Source: Octopus vulgaris (Eukaryota). Taken from it: a DNA stretch of 64,000 nt. Within the stretch, counting starts at the first letter, position 1, and every line of letters begins with the position of its first letter. The stretch is from positions 2,790,001 to 2,854,000 of the forward strand of contig OX597840.1 of NCBI GenBank assembly GCA_951406725.2. Direction: 5' to 3'. The notes beneath the pieces were generated by a model. The model saw nothing but the letters and a program-made list of their open reading frames with translations. It was not told the origin of the DNA and did not search any database. This document shows positions 27,089 through 40,862 of this stretch, one piece after another. The translations under genes were made by a program, and so were the position numbers.

Positions 27089-27471
27089 CTAGCGGTATCG
27101 CCCGGCGTTGCTCGGGCTGGTTTTGACCCTTTAGAATTGGAATTTTTGAAAAGTAAAACTTTTGCATTATGTAGCTTGTTATTCTCTTTAAGTGAACATA
27201 TTTCTGGTTGAAATACACCAAAAAATGGCGACACAGCTGTCAAAAAACTGTAAAAAATAGGGATTTTCATAGAAAAAAAAGCTCCTTTTTGATGTAAATA
27301 ATTTTTGGTCTTAAAATGGTCCAATTTGAATTTTTTCTTCTATGGAAGGAAGAGGAAACCTATCATACTGTCAATTTTGGTCAACTTGCGCAGCAGGGTC
27401 TTGGAGGCGATAGTGTTAGTTGAAGGCTACTAAACCTGCCATACACAGACAACTTCAGATTTATATATAGA
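27089..27471 (-). mobile_element. Non-autonomous Helitron
   Basis: Plus strand A|CTAGCGGTATCGCCCGGCGTTGCTCGGG is nearly the same 3' terminus as at 12253. The other end is TTATATATAGA (5' TC on minus). Confidence 0.8.
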
Positions 27472-27734
27472 GCGATACTGTGTTCCTTTTTAGAAAGATA
27501 CATCATTGATGAAGTAGAACCGGAGTATTGGTTCCCGAAGTAAATCTGAATACCTTGCGACAAGGTAAACTAAATACGAAGCACTCCTACCTGACAGTAA
27601 TCCCTCGACTATTGCGGATTTTACGTTCTAAACCCCAACCCCCGCGACAGGTGAAAATCGTGAAGTAGAAAAAGAACTGTAATATATAGTCTTTATTATT
27701 ATTTTTATAATTTGTATATATTTATTATATTATA

Positions 27735-28113
27735 GTGGAGGCGCAATGGGCCAGTGGTTAGAGCAGAGTACTCGCGGCCGTGGGATCACAGTTTCGATTA
27801 CCAAACCGGACGTTGTAAATGTTTATTGAGCGAAAAAGGCCTAAAGCTCCACGAACCTCCGGCAGTGGATGGTGGCGAAATCTGCTCTATTCTTTTACCA
27901 CAGCTTTCTCTCATTCTTCCTGTTTCTGTTGTACTTGTATTTCAAAGGGTCAGCCTTGTCACACTCTGTGTCCCGCTGAATCTCCCCGAGAAATACGTTA
28001 AGGGTACACATATCTGAGAAATAATCAGCCACTTACATATTAATTTCACGAGCAAGCTGTTCCGTTGATCGGATGAACTGGAACCCTCATCGTCGCAACC
28101 GACGGAGTGCCAC
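27735..28113 (+). mobile_element. SINE family B, full length (nested in the Tigger-like element)
   Basis: Colinear with 9376-9756. Confidence 0.9.
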
Positions 28114-28389
28114 CATTTTATTATAAATGCAAAACGACACTACACACTCGCCGCACGAGTTTCGTTTTCCACACAGTATGTGCGATTCTTTGTTTATTTA
28201 TCTACGGATTCTTCTGTATAACTGTATGTTATGTAAATATATTGGGGAGAGATCTAATCTAGCAGATTGTGAATAGACCATAGAAATATGGCGGTCGTCA
28301 TCGATGTGTGACCCATATAAGTTGGAATTTCTCCATTTTGGCGATGAATTTTCAAATTTTTTTCACGGTGCACTTGGAAAAATGTTCGC

Positions 28390-28425
28390 ATCATTTAAAA
28401 GAAAAATTTGGGGGGAGAAATTATA

Positions 28426-28502
<77 letters not shown>

Positions 28503-28620
28503 CACCCAGGCCTATTCTCCCAATCTACCTTCTCTGGACGGAATTTGTCCATTTTCTGGGAACTACGCACTTAAAAACAATAGGAGAAACCTTTTCGGTA
28601 AACCAAAATCAGGCTTAAAA
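28390..28620 (+). pseudogene. Degenerate mariner transposase fragment split by a (CT)(TA) microsatellite
   Basis: LGGEII...LYTQAYSPNLPSLD...HFLGTTHLKTIGETFS resembles the mariner motif [35 protein letters not shown]. Confidence 0.45.
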
Positions 28621-29134
28621 GTATCTTCTTTTGATATATTTCAATTAATGTGTTATATAGTGCAGTACTGTACTGTATTATTATATGTTGATTTGTTAGT
28701 TTTTAGGCGTGAAAATGCTTATTTTACCACAGAAATAATTAAAATCTAAAAGGTTATAAATACCTATCGGTTGCAGACCCCGAGATATGCTGAGGAGTCC
28801 GCAGCATGAATTTATATATATATTAGCCAGAGAAATCCGCGAATTACTGAGGGCGCGATATGTGTACCGTGATATGGCGAGTGATTACTGTATCCAAAAT
28901 TCCAAAATCTTGTCTCCTTTATTTACCCAATCTCTCGGACATTTCTGAATGTACAATACATAAGCCAGAACTAAACGAATACTAACTCGCTCAAATCTAT
29001 ATCTTCGAGACAAAAGTAAACTGGGCTCAAATCTGCCCTCGCAGACCCAGCCAAACTCTATCAAATCTGCAACAACTTGAACATGAGTAAGCAAGCAATG
29101 CTAACAAGCTCAAATAATCTTGAATATATATTTA

Positions 29135-29552
29135 TATTTCTTTACTACCCACAAGGGGCTAAACACAGAGAGTACAAACAAGGACAGACAAACGGATTAA
29201 GTCGATTATATCGACACCAGTGCGTAACTGGTACTTATTTAATCGACCCCGAAAGTATGAAAGGCAAAGTCGACCTCGGCGGAATTTGAACTCAGATCGA
29301 AACGGCAGACGAAATACCTATTTCTTTACTACCCACAAGGGGCTAAACACAGAGAGGACAAACAAGGACAGACAAACGGATTAAGTCGATTATATCGACA
29401 CCAGTGCGTAACTGGTACTTATTTAATCGACCCCGAAAGTATGAAAGGCAAAGTCGACCTCGGCGGAATTTGAACTCAGGACCTGGCGGCAGACGAAATA
29501 CTCCTAAGCATTTCGCCTGGCGTGCTAACGTTTCTGCCAGCTCACCGCCCTT
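29135..29552 (-). mobile_element. SINE family C (head plus two tandem bodies)
   Basis: Same structure as the copy at 25138. TSD AATCTTGAATATA at 29116-29128 and at 29554-55 plus 29938-48. Confidence 0.9.
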
Positions 29553-29555
29553 GAA

Positions 29556-29937
29556 TCTCTCTCTATATAAACGGCAGTTTGTCTGTGTGTGTTTCTGTGT
29601 GTCTGTTTGGTTGTACCCTCACTCTGACCACGGCTTTCAACCGATTCTGATGAAACTTGACACACATAGCCCAATGTCATAATTCAAAACTAACGCAGCG
29701 ACAATTTTGAAAAGTTCCCCCAGTTCTGAAAAAGATCGATAAATTCGACATGGGGTCGACAATCAGAAACACAAACCACAGATGGTCTAGGGGACGCAAC
29801 TCGACCTTTTTAACTATCAAAAACAAATTTCCCATTTTTTTTTCCCATTTTTTTGCTATTTTTTTGCTATAACTCTCTAAAAATGCTTTATAGTTATTTC
29901 CCTTACAAACCCGAGCAACGCCGGGCGATACTGCTAG
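29556..29937 (+). mobile_element. Non-autonomous Helitron
   Basis: A|TCTCTCTCTATATAAACGGCAG ... CCCGAGCAACGCCGGGCGATACTGCTAG|T. Confidence 0.87.
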
Positions 29938-30564
29938 TCTTGAATATAGAGTACTTAACTAAGACAGACGCAAACGAGTACCAAATCTTTCAAATCTAAA
30001 TCCTTGAGACAAGATAAGATGAATACCAAATTCGTTAGATCCAAAATCTTCTGATGAAAAAAAACAAGTACTAAACCATCTTCTCGATCTGACAACGCTA
30101 AGAGATCTTTAAAACTTATGATAGGATTAAAGTAGATAGATCCAAAATTATTGTCAGAAATATTCACAGAATTGTTCTAACCGTTTCACACACCTTTCAT
30201 GAAATCCTTGACTCTCCTCTGAGGACAGACATATTTTTAACCAGCGAGAAGAATAAAACAAAAATACCTCACATGATTATATTTAGATTGCAAAGAATTT
30301 GGTTTCAGTTTACTTTTTTTTCTTGCTATCTGATGTTGTTGTTGTTTGTTTTTGTTGTTGTTGTTGTTCTTGTTCTTGTTGTTGCTGCTCTTGTTGGGCT
30401 TACATGACCGCGCATATATTAGAGCTAAGAATTCCTCGGAGACTCATGCTACAACACACATATCAGATCGCACGCACTTTTTTCCTCACACACACACACA
30501 CACACATGCTCATGCACACACACACACACATACACACACACACACATATAAAGACACTCTCATG

Positions 30565-31200
30565 CAATCGACGCATACATGTAGCCATTAATTGAAGCGT
30601 ACACATCACACATATTTAAAACACGTATATACAACCACACACTCACACACACACTCACATACACGCACACAAACAACACATACATACATGCATATATACA
30701 TACACATGATTTCGACGCACACATAAAGCCATGCACTGAATCGTACACATCACACATATTTAAAACACGTTTATACAACCACACACTCACACACACACAA
30801 GCACATACACAAACACACACATGCACACAAAAACATACATACAAGCATATATACATACACATGATTTCCACACACACATAAAGCCATGTACTGAAGTGTA
30901 CACATCATACACATTCACAAACACACATATTAATACACAGATACGCATTCAAACACACACACACACATATATACATCCACACACAAACAAGTATACAAAG
31001 GCATGCTTTCCACACATACACACACCTATTAACTGAACCGTTCAGATCACACATATTGACACACGTAGATACAACCACACATACACACATACAAACACGC
31101 ATACATACACACAATGGTATCCACATTTACATACAACCGCTAACTGAAGCATACACATCGCATTTAGCCTCACAGACGTACATATAACCACACACACACA
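30565..31200. repeat. Degenerate ~145-bp CA-rich minisatellite, about 4-5 copies
   Basis: TGAA..GTACACATCACACATATTTAAAACACGT.TATACAACCACAC recurs near 30593, 30737, 30892, 31034 and 31145. Confidence 0.7.
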
Positions 31201-31552
31201 CACACACCCATACACACACATACATAGACACATATGCACACGCAAACAGATCCAAACTAACACACGTGTATATTCTCTTCATATACGCATGCACACACTT
31301 GTTCAGATACAAACATATATACATACATACATTCATTCATACATACATACACACAAACATACATACGTACTTACATACATACATGCGTACACACATATAT
31401 AGATTCATACATGTATATATGCATACATGCATCCACACATCCACACACACACATGCATACATTCATAAATACATATATACATACGCATGAAATTTTAAGA
31501 TTTCACAAGCACGCACTTGCATACAAATATAGTTCCTATATATATAAATATA

Positions 31553-31593
<41 letters not shown>

Positions 31594-31772
31594 GTATATA
31601 TATATATATATATATATATATACGCACACACATATATATATATATGTTTATATGTATATGTATATATTTATATACATATATATGTATGTTTATATATATG
31701 TGTATATATATATATGTATGTGTATATATATGTATATATATATATGTATATAAATATATATATATATTTATA

Positions 31773-31809
<37 letters not shown>

Positions 31810-32156
31810 GCAGACACATATTTAAACGTATAGATCATGCAACTTCATAAAACATGCACACAAACGCTACGGCTACACACCTTACCCATCTTTCACAATC
31901 ACATACACACACAAACGTAATCTCAATGAAATAGCGTACCTACTTTTCATACACACATTCGCTCATACACAGCATTCGATCAATTTGTTTAACACAAGCG
32001 CACACAGACACAGAAACACGCAATAACGCATGCACAAGAGTACGCCTAGCTCTTCATCAAATGCATACACACATAGACTACGTGATATGAGCCTTTCACA
32101 TATTTCAAAAACGCCAGCGGACATGCATGAATTCCATAACACAAACGCAAACGTAT

Positions 32157-32556
32157 ACTCTTTTACTCTTTTACGTGTTTCAGTCATTTGACTGCGGCCA
32201 TGCTGGAGCACCGCCTTTAATCGAGCAACTCGACCCCGGGACTTATTCTTTTGTAAGCCCAGTACTTATTCTATCGGTCTCTTTTGCCGAACCACAAAGT
32301 GACGGGGACGTAAACACACCAGCATCGGTTGTCAAGCAATGCTAGGGGGACAAACAGATACACAAACACACACACGCATATATATATATATATATACGAC
32401 AGGCTTCTTTCAGTTTCTGTCTACCAAATCCACTCACAAGGCTTTGGTCGACCTGAGGCTATAGTAGAAGACAGTTGCCCAAGGTGCCACGCAGTGGGAC
32501 TGAACCCGGAACTATGTGGTTGGTAAACAAGCTACTTACCACACAGCCACTCCTGC
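32157..32556 (-). mobile_element. SINE family A, full length
   Basis: Colinear with the other copies. Confidence 0.92.
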
Positions 32557-32689
32557 AATATTCCTTATAATAGTATGATACCAGACAAGCGCTTGCATTT
32601 CATATTGCACTCATTTTAGACGCACGCACACACAAGTACACATGAACTCGCAGACACACAGAAACACACACATTTCTAAAACATTCTTT

Positions 32690-32870
32690 TATCTTTATCT
32701 TTACGTGTTTCACTCATAAGATTCGCGGCCAAACAGGGGCAACACCTTGTAGAATTTTTAGTCGAACAAATCGACCACAGAAATTTTTCTAAGCTTGGTA
32801 AGACTAATGGGCTCTTTCACCGAACTGTTACGTTACGGGGACGTAAACACACCAACAATGGTTATCAACA
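32690..32870 (-). mobile_element. Old SINE family A 3' half
   Basis: TTTACGTGTTTCA...TAGTCGAACAAATCGACC...GGGGACGTAAACACACCAACA. Confidence 0.7.
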
Positions 32871-32959
32871 TCTGATAGCCTAGTCGGTCAGGTGATCGCG
32901 TGATATATGTATATTTATATGTACATATATATACATATATATGTGTGTGTGTATGTATG

Positions 32960-32997
<38 letters not shown>

Positions 32998-33059
32998 CAT
33001 ACATACACACACACATATATATGTATGTATATATACATATATGTGTGTGTGTATGTATG

Positions 33060-33108
<49 letters not shown>

Positions 33109-33187
33109 TTAATGAAATCGTACACATTAAGAACAGGACATCACCAACGACTAAAAAATAAGTAAACACACAACGAGAGATAAGATA

Positions 33188-33237
<50 letters not shown>

Positions 33238-33819
33238 CTTACATATCTCTCGTTGTGTTATATATATATATATATATATATATCTTCAGGAGGACGATTG
33301 GGATCATGTGAATGAGAAAGGCGCGATCCAGAGAGGAGTGGACAGTCTGCTGTGACCAGCGGTGTCAAATGGACGCCTGACGGACTGGTCGGTCAAGGTG
33401 ATCAAGGTGATATATATATATCCCGCAAGCATCATACGTACATCGCGTATATTTCACATGTATACTTTCCACAAACACGCACACATCCAACGAGTATGCA
33501 CGAACGAAACATTTCCAACACGTTAGCATACGCAAACATTACATACGCAAAACACACAAGCTCTATACAAACAAGCTCTATACAAACAACATTGAAGAAC
33601 AGAAACCATAAATGCTTCTCTCGCACATCGCATATACGTATCGCGCTAATTTCACACGCCTCGTATTCGCATCTAACGAAAAGACTTACATAAATTGCTT
33701 CGCTTGTAATCGCATGCATAAATTGCACATCGCACACAAATCACATGCACAGACAGGACATTTACGTCACAGAAAAGCCACCGTTTCAACCACACAACAT
33801 AATGATAAAAATAAAACTA

Positions 33820-33848
33820 CTTCAGCAACAACATCAACAACAGCAACA

Positions 33849-33905
<57 letters not shown>

Positions 33906-34118
33906 GCAACTACTACTACTATTACTACTGCTACTACTACTACTACTACTAATAATAATAATAATAATAAAAATAATAATAATAGTAATAATAATAATAA
34001 TAGTAATAATCATAATAGTAATAATAATAAGAAGAAAAATAATAATAATCATAATAGTAATAATAATAATAATGATAATAATAACAACAACAACGATAAC
34101 AACAGCAACAACAACAAC

Positions 34119-34173
<55 letters not shown>

Positions 34174-34413
34174 GAAGAAGCAGAAGTAGAAGATGAAGAA
34201 GAAAAGGAGAAGAAGAAGAAGAAGAAGAAGAAGAAGAAGAAGAAGAAGAAGAAGAAGAAGAAGAAGAAAATAAGTACTGCTGCTGGTACTACTACTGCTA
34301 CCGGTAGTAATAATAAAAATGATAAAGATTTCTGTTCACATATAGACGCTTAGGTGCTTTCGTGTGTGGATTTTGTTGTCTTTGTCCGTGGTTATGTATG
34401 TGTGTAAGGAAAC

Positions 34414-34482
<69 letters not shown>

Positions 34483-34555
34483 CATGATGATGACGATGAT
34501 GATGATGAAGATTATGATGATGATAATGATGATGATAATGATGATGACAATAGTG

Positions 34556-34620
<65 letters not shown>

Positions 34621-34720
34621 AAGAAGAAGAAGAGGTGATTTAGTTATAATAATAATAATAATCATGATGATGACGATGATGATGATGATGATAATGATGA
34701 TGACGATGATGATGATGACA

Positions 34721-34791
<71 letters not shown>

Positions 34792-34835
34792 AAGAAGAAG
34801 AAATAAGAAGAAGAAGAAGAAGAAGAAGAAGTGAT
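33820..34835. repeat. Compound (CTA)/(TAA)/(GAA)/(TGA) trinucleotide repeats; 34410-34835 is a twice-repeated block
   Basis: Seen directly. The block (AAT)n-ATCATGATGATGACGATG...(AAT)n(AGA)n-GTGATTTAGTTA occurs twice. Confidence 0.93.
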
Positions 34836-34929
34836 TTAGTTACAGTGATAGGAGAATGAGAGCAAAACGCTGATGAATGTGATAATGAAGATGAAGATGG
34901 CGATGATGATCGTGGTGGTAGCGTTGTTG

Positions 34930-34961
<32 letters not shown>

Positions 34962-35125
34962 GGTAATGATGAAACAAAAGGAATAGTTTAAAGCAGCGTC
35001 AGAAAAACAGAACATAATTACATAAGATAAATACATATGTTTGTATATGCACACACGTATACTTACACACACACACATATATATATGTATATATGTATAT
35101 ATATATATATATACATATATACAAA

Positions 35126-35159
<34 letters not shown>

Positions 35160-35443
35160 AATATTTATATATATATATGCATATACATACATATGCATAC
35201 ATACATATATAAGCGCGTGTATGGTCCTATGCATATGTATAATGTGTACTCATAATGCAAATATATATATATATATATTAACTATAAAGTATATGTTTAT
35301 GTATATACACATATATATACACATATATGTATGTATATATATATGTGGATATATATATATATATATGTATGTATATGTATATATACATTCCCATATGAAG
35401 ATAAAATTGCACCAAATCAAATACACGCACATATATTTGCACG

Positions 35444-35474
<31 letters not shown>

Positions 35475-36917
35475 CCATACATATATATATATATATACAT
35501 ATACATACATTCATATATATATATGCATTTAAATACTCACCAACATACACATATATACACATGTAAATGTATATATACATATCTGTATGTATCAGTATCA
35601 TTTACTGTCTATTTAAATCAATCAATCAAATATTACATATCTCTTTATTGCTACGGATCACCGAGATCTTAGTGAAATAGATATGGCAGAATAAATAGAA
35701 AAGACTACGTAATCGATAGATTTTGCTTCTAATTAATGACTAAAGCATCAGGTAACGCTATCTTATCGATTAAACAATAAAGTGGCTTGAACTCAACGTT
35801 CTGAAGTCGTTTTATGTAGGAAATAATGGCAAATACTTGAGAAATGATAGACCGCATAGAGAGAGTTATAACGCATGGCCAAATGTATATTGCGTTGTGT
35901 AGGCAATTGCAGACGCATTCACTAGAGAACGTGGTGTTAGAGTACCTCGTACACATAAATAGAGATGCATAGTGCAGACGTAATGATGAATAGAGGAATA
36001 TATATCGTAGCTTTACGTACGCTTCTCTTGCTCTCTATGTATGTGTTCGTGTGTGTGAGTGCGCGCTTCTGTGTGTCTGTACACCCATACAGACACACGC
36101 ACATAAAGACACACATACACATATATATATATATATATATATATGTTTATATTTATATGCAGTGTATGTATGTATATTTCTTTGTGTGCGCGTATGTATA
36201 TGAATATGCATATGTAACTTCATGGGTGTGCGTAGATGTGTATCTATATATGCATATATACATATTTGCGAGAAGACTGACAGTGACTTCGAAGTCTCGG
36301 TAGCTACACTTCTCTAGCAGGATTGGTCACCATTATCCTTTCATAATGTTGATATACCCGCTAAGGGTGGCGATCCTTTCTATGGAGAAAGATTGAAAAG
36401 ACACGTAGAGAGCCGGATGCAGAACGAGAGTGACAAAGTACACATTTACACAAACTCCAAATATGTATGCGTGTATGTGCGCGTTATTGCGCATGCGCAT
36501 GTGTATAAGTGTGTGTGTGTGTGTGGTACAGTGAGTCTCAAGTTTCGTGACCAATAAAGCTATGAAACAATCATTTCGGGCCTTGAAACAGTGTTACCTC
36601 GGCTGATTATTTTATTTTTTATATAACGGGTTAACACGGGATCTCCTACTGACAATGTAAACATCATATCATCAAGGTATGCTTGGCCTGAAGAATAGCT
36701 TACGGTCTACACCTCGTTTGGATAGTATACTACTTCCGAAGTTCAACTAGCTATGAAACATATGTAGTCTCGATTTTATCTACTCCATTCCCTAATTTGG
36801 GGATATATATATATATATACACGTACGTATGTATGTATGTATGTATGTATGTATGTATGTATGTATGTATGTATGTATGTATGTATGTATGTATGTATGT
36901 ATGTTTGCATGTATGTG

Positions 36918-37115
36918 AATGCGCCTGGTCTAGTGTTTGGGTGTGTTGGAATCCCAATCGTTGGATAGTGGTTTCGATTCCTGACCAACCAGTGAGTTGT
37001 GTTCTTGAGCAAAATACATCATTTCACGCTGCTTCAGTTCATATAAATGTGAAAACGTGCGACGGTCTAGATTTCCAATCAAGGGGCGGGGATGTTGGCC
37101 CATGAGGGCCTAGGC
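36918..37115 (+). mobile_element. Old tRNA/CORE-type SINE
   Basis: TGGTCTAGTG (A box), GGTTTCGATTCC (B box), TGTGTTCTTGAGCAAAATAC (CORE-like). Confidence 0.6.
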
Positions 37116-37238
37116 ATCTTGGTGCCATTATTCGAAAGGCAAAGTTGTCAGTTTCAGAATCAACACCCCAAAATTAATCTCAAACTGCTCTAAGATTCTA
37201 TGCTAGACAGTAACGTTTATATTCTGTTGATCAGTGTC

Positions 37239-37269
<31 letters not shown>

Positions 37270-37573
37270 CTATGTTTGACTTTTGCTTTATATTTGTACA
37301 AGTTGGCTCCAAGTCTCACCCAGAGACCTCAAGAGACAACAGGGTTGGAAGTTCATGTTGTTGTTATGCCTAGTGTGCCATATATTTGGGGGGGGGTGGG
37401 GATGTTGTACTAATGAATGTCTAAAAAAAAAAAGGTTTTTTTTTTTTTTTTTTTCTAAACCGAAAATTATGGTTGTTTTAAAACTTGAGGTTACATAGAG
37501 AGTATTTTGCGTAGGATATGAGCAGTTCCCATGAGCACTATCTTTTGAACTTCTGCCATTTTTGGGTTTCCTG

Positions 37574-37576
<3 letters not shown>
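37270..37576 (-). mobile_element. 3' end of a second R4/Dong-like LINE family, inside (TAA)n
   Basis: Minus strand encodes IPGNPKMAEVQKIVLMGTAHILRKILSM*, homologous to IQKIALLGTAHILRRALSIQ* at ~20900. (TTA)n on both sides. Confidence 0.8.
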
Positions 37577-37636
<60 letters not shown>

Positions 37637-37637
<1 letters not shown>

Positions 37638-38150
37638 TGAGTGAGAGATTAGTGCATGCCATCGGAGTAACGCTGTGGTATAATATACGAAACCCAGTAT
37701 ACCCACAATCACTACCCGTCTGATAAGTGTGCCGCAGGCACATGCATCACAACCATATATGAGCGACATGGATGATCTCATGTCAAGATTAACAGCGCAT
37801 GACCTTGCAGGTGCGGGCCCAGTTAGAATTTTCTTCAGGTAGATTAGCCAAACCCGCTCAAAAATATCCCTGAATAAAGTTTGTTTAAGAATGATGAACA
37901 AAACACCAATGTTTCCAGAGGTGAATTATTCGAACCCCAAAGAATAGCTGTAATGGTCCCCTACTACTACTGCACGCGAGCAGAGTTGCACATATCATCA
38001 ACCACAAAGGAGCATGCTCAACTGGTTAAGATCAAACAACTGACAAACAAATCTGTGGTGTTGAGCCGAATATTTGCTGTAGCCCATTTTTTATACCAAG
38101 GCAAAACAATGTACATGATAATAAAATAAAATCAGAAACCATGAGAGAAT
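37637..38150. repeat. Unclassified interspersed repeat adjoining (TTA)n
   Basis: Its end (ATCAGAAACCATGAGAG) matches the reverse complement of the 21605-21668 fragment that truncates the Helitron. Confidence 0.4.
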
Positions 38151-38309
38151 GAGAAACATTTTATTTAAAATATTTCAGCTAAAATTAAAATTTAAATAGC
38201 AAAACTTACGAAATAGTAAAACTTACAAATAACACTATACTTACTTAAGTATAGTGTTTAGCTAATTTACTACCTCAAATACAGAAAACCGTGACTAATT
38301 AGACAAACT

Positions 38310-38612
38310 TACAAATTTGCTGAACAGTTTTGTACAATAAATTTAAAAGTAAAGGTAAACCGCACTACATGCTTTATCATACAGACTATTAGTGACACGA
38401 ATGAGATTCGCGTTGATGTTATATAGCCCCATGGTCGAAAAGATTGTGTTCTGAAGTCCAGAAACACACGAAAAAATTCTTGCTGGTGCTTGAGATAGCA
38501 CCCACAAAGAATTCTTAAATTAAAAATGTGTTCTATTGTGCAGCGACCCACCCTGAATCCTGCTTGCTTCTCGGCAATGATTTCCCCCGCTCGGGGTTTG
38601 AATCGATTGCAT
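38310..38612 (-). pseudogene. RTE-clade reverse transcriptase fragment
   Basis: NRFKPRAGEIIAEKQAGFRVGRCTIEHIFNLRILCGCYLKHQQEFFRVFLDF corresponds to RT motifs 2-3 (EEQAGFRxGRST...FIDFxKAFD). Confidence 0.85.
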
Positions 38613-38613
38613 G

Positions 38614-39327
38614 TTGCAAAAAGATGACAGTTTCTTTGGAATAAAAAGCATACCAGTACAAACAACTTGATTACAGGTTCAAAACTCAAAAAATAAATTA
38701 AAATAAAATAATGAACCTACATATATGTTTTAGTCCTATCATCTAGTTGATGTGAATTTCGATTCATTTGGTTCATTAAGAAAGTTACGATATTCAATCT
38801 CCATGGTGTCAGGACTTCTTCTGAGTTAATATAGAGCTCATGGAACATGAAGTAATCTTTTTTTAAGGAAACATAGTGTATTAGTGGGTTGACAGTTAAA
38901 AATTATTTGTTGAAAGTGTATTTGATTGATGAGTTTTTATATATTTCTGAATTCAAATTATAATATAAAGTATATAGTATGTTTACAAATATATAAAGCC
39001 CATCAATCAAATTCACTTTCAATATATAGTTTTTAACTTTCAACATACCGATAATCTATACTTTCCTCAAAAGAAAAAAATGACTATCTAACGTTCTATG
39101 AGTTTTATATTAACCCTAAAGAAGTCCTGCCGCTTACCACCGTATAGTCTGAATATGGTAACTTTCTTAACATTAAACCAAATGTTTCGAAATTGGCAAG
39201 TAGAAGATAAGACTGAAACATATAAGTAGGTTCCTTATTTCATTTTAATTTATTTTTTCAGCTTTCAATCTGTAATCAAGTTATTTGTACTGTCATGGTT
39301 TTAAAAAATACTGTCATCTTTTTGCAA
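38614..39327. mobile_element. Fold-back element (long imperfect inverted repeat, ~350-bp arms)
   Basis: Perfect 17-bp termini TTGCAAAAAGATGACAG / CTGTCATCTTTTTGCAA. Internal mirror matches include ACTTGATTACAG/CTGTAATCAAGT, TAAGAAAGTTAC/GTAACTTTCTTA, AGGACTTCTT/AAGAAGTCCT and TTGATTGATG/CATCAATCAA. Confidence 0.85.
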
Positions 39328-39386
39328 ATAAATTATTAATTACATCCATTTCTTCTCCATTTTCTCTTTGTTTTCCCCCAATATAT

Positions 39387-39439
<53 letters not shown>

Positions 39440-39699
39440 CACATATATGTATGTATGTATACATGTACGTATGTATGTATGTATGTACGTATGTATATAT
39501 TAGTTTGTATTGAAAGAGGTTGTTCTTTCCTAGGGGTAAATTTTATTTTATCCAACGGTACGACAGTTTAGATCTATATCGATTAGCGATATTGGAATTT
39601 CTATATGTGTGCATGTACTAATGTTTATCGTCGGTTCTTCTTCAATATTAGTACCTAACACTTCTGGGATTCCAATTGTCGCTATAGAGTTTTCCATAG

Positions 39700-40000
39700 T
39701 TTTCCATACTGGAGCCCTGGGATATGTAACACACTGCCCAAATACCAATCTTGAGAAATTAGGCTTCTCAAATCCAGAACGGAGAAATCTAATTCAAAGA
39801 CTACAGATCCAATCTATCAACTATATGCATGGGTACACATATATAAAATATACAAATCTGCACATACATACATGCATACATGCATAAATACATACAAACA
39901 TATGTACATACATGCAAAAAATTCCCATGAAGGAACGTTGGATCTAGGTTAGAAACCGGTTCCTTCTCTATTGGCAGGAACTCTTGAAATATACTAAATA
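39700..40000 (+). mobile_element. 3' end of an RLE-type non-LTR retrotransposon
   Basis: [37 protein letters not shown] fits the C-terminal GALG...L.xLG...LQ pattern of RLE elements. It is followed by a 3'UTR-like stretch. Confidence 0.55.
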
Positions 40001-40009
40001 AGTTGTATA

Positions 40010-40146
<137 letters not shown>

Positions 40147-40224
40147 TGTATGTATGTATGTATATGTGTGTGCGTGTGTATGTGTATGTCTATGTATGAA
40201 TGTATGTATGTATACATGCATAAT

Positions 40225-40390
40225 CGCAAGCGTGGCTATGTGGTAAGAAGCTTGCTTCCCAACGACAAAGTTCCGGGTTCACTCCTACTGCTTATCATCC
40301 TGCGCAAGTGTCTTCTACGAAAGCCTTAGGCAGGCCCAAGCCTTGTAAGCAGATTTGTTAGACGCAAACTAAAAGAAACTCGTCTGATAT
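40225..40390 (+). mobile_element. Degenerate SINE family A head
   Basis: GTGGCTATGTGGTAAGAAGCTTGCTTCCCAAC...GTTCCGGGTTCA...GCAAGTGTCTTCTAC. Confidence 0.75.
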
Positions 40391-40394
40391 ATGC

Positions 40395-40578
40395 CATGTT
40401 TGATCGTTAGCCACTACACGCATTTTTTTCTCTCCTTGTTTTTTTCTGTGTATCTTTCTATCGAAGAGCGTTGGCTCGAAACGTAAAAGACTTTTTCTAT
40501 TCCTGAGCGCTATACTAATACATTTGTTTGTTTGTACTCCACCTGCCTTCGTCTTTTGTTTATTTTCGTAAACTTTCC

Positions 40579-40582
<4 letters not shown>
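40395..40582 (+). mobile_element. Penelope-like terminal repeat, family P1, with hammerhead variant
   Basis: TCTTT-CTATCGA-AGAGCGTTGGCTC-GAAACGTA-AAAGA at 40453-40490. Ends at (TA)n. Confidence 0.65.
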
Positions 40583-40660
<78 letters not shown>

Positions 40661-40862
40661 ATATGTATATGTATATGTATGAACGAGTAACAAAGATGTA
40701 CAGGTTGTCTCCACACGGCAGGGATATGAGATACAAGTACCCCTACACAGACTCTTGATATTCAATATTTAATTAATATTGAGTGTGTGGATATTACGGA
40801 CCTAGCAAGGTGCCTCAGTTGAAGTACCTAATTCAACTGAATCATTAATGTGTGTGTGTGTG

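Larger units (their letters stand above)
27595..28890. mobile_element. Tigger/pogo-like non-autonomous DNA transposon with nested insertions
   Basis: Imperfect TIRs CAGTAATCCCTCGACTAT and ATATGGCGAGTGATTACTG|TA. The same ends occur in the short element at 10733. Confidence 0.65.
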
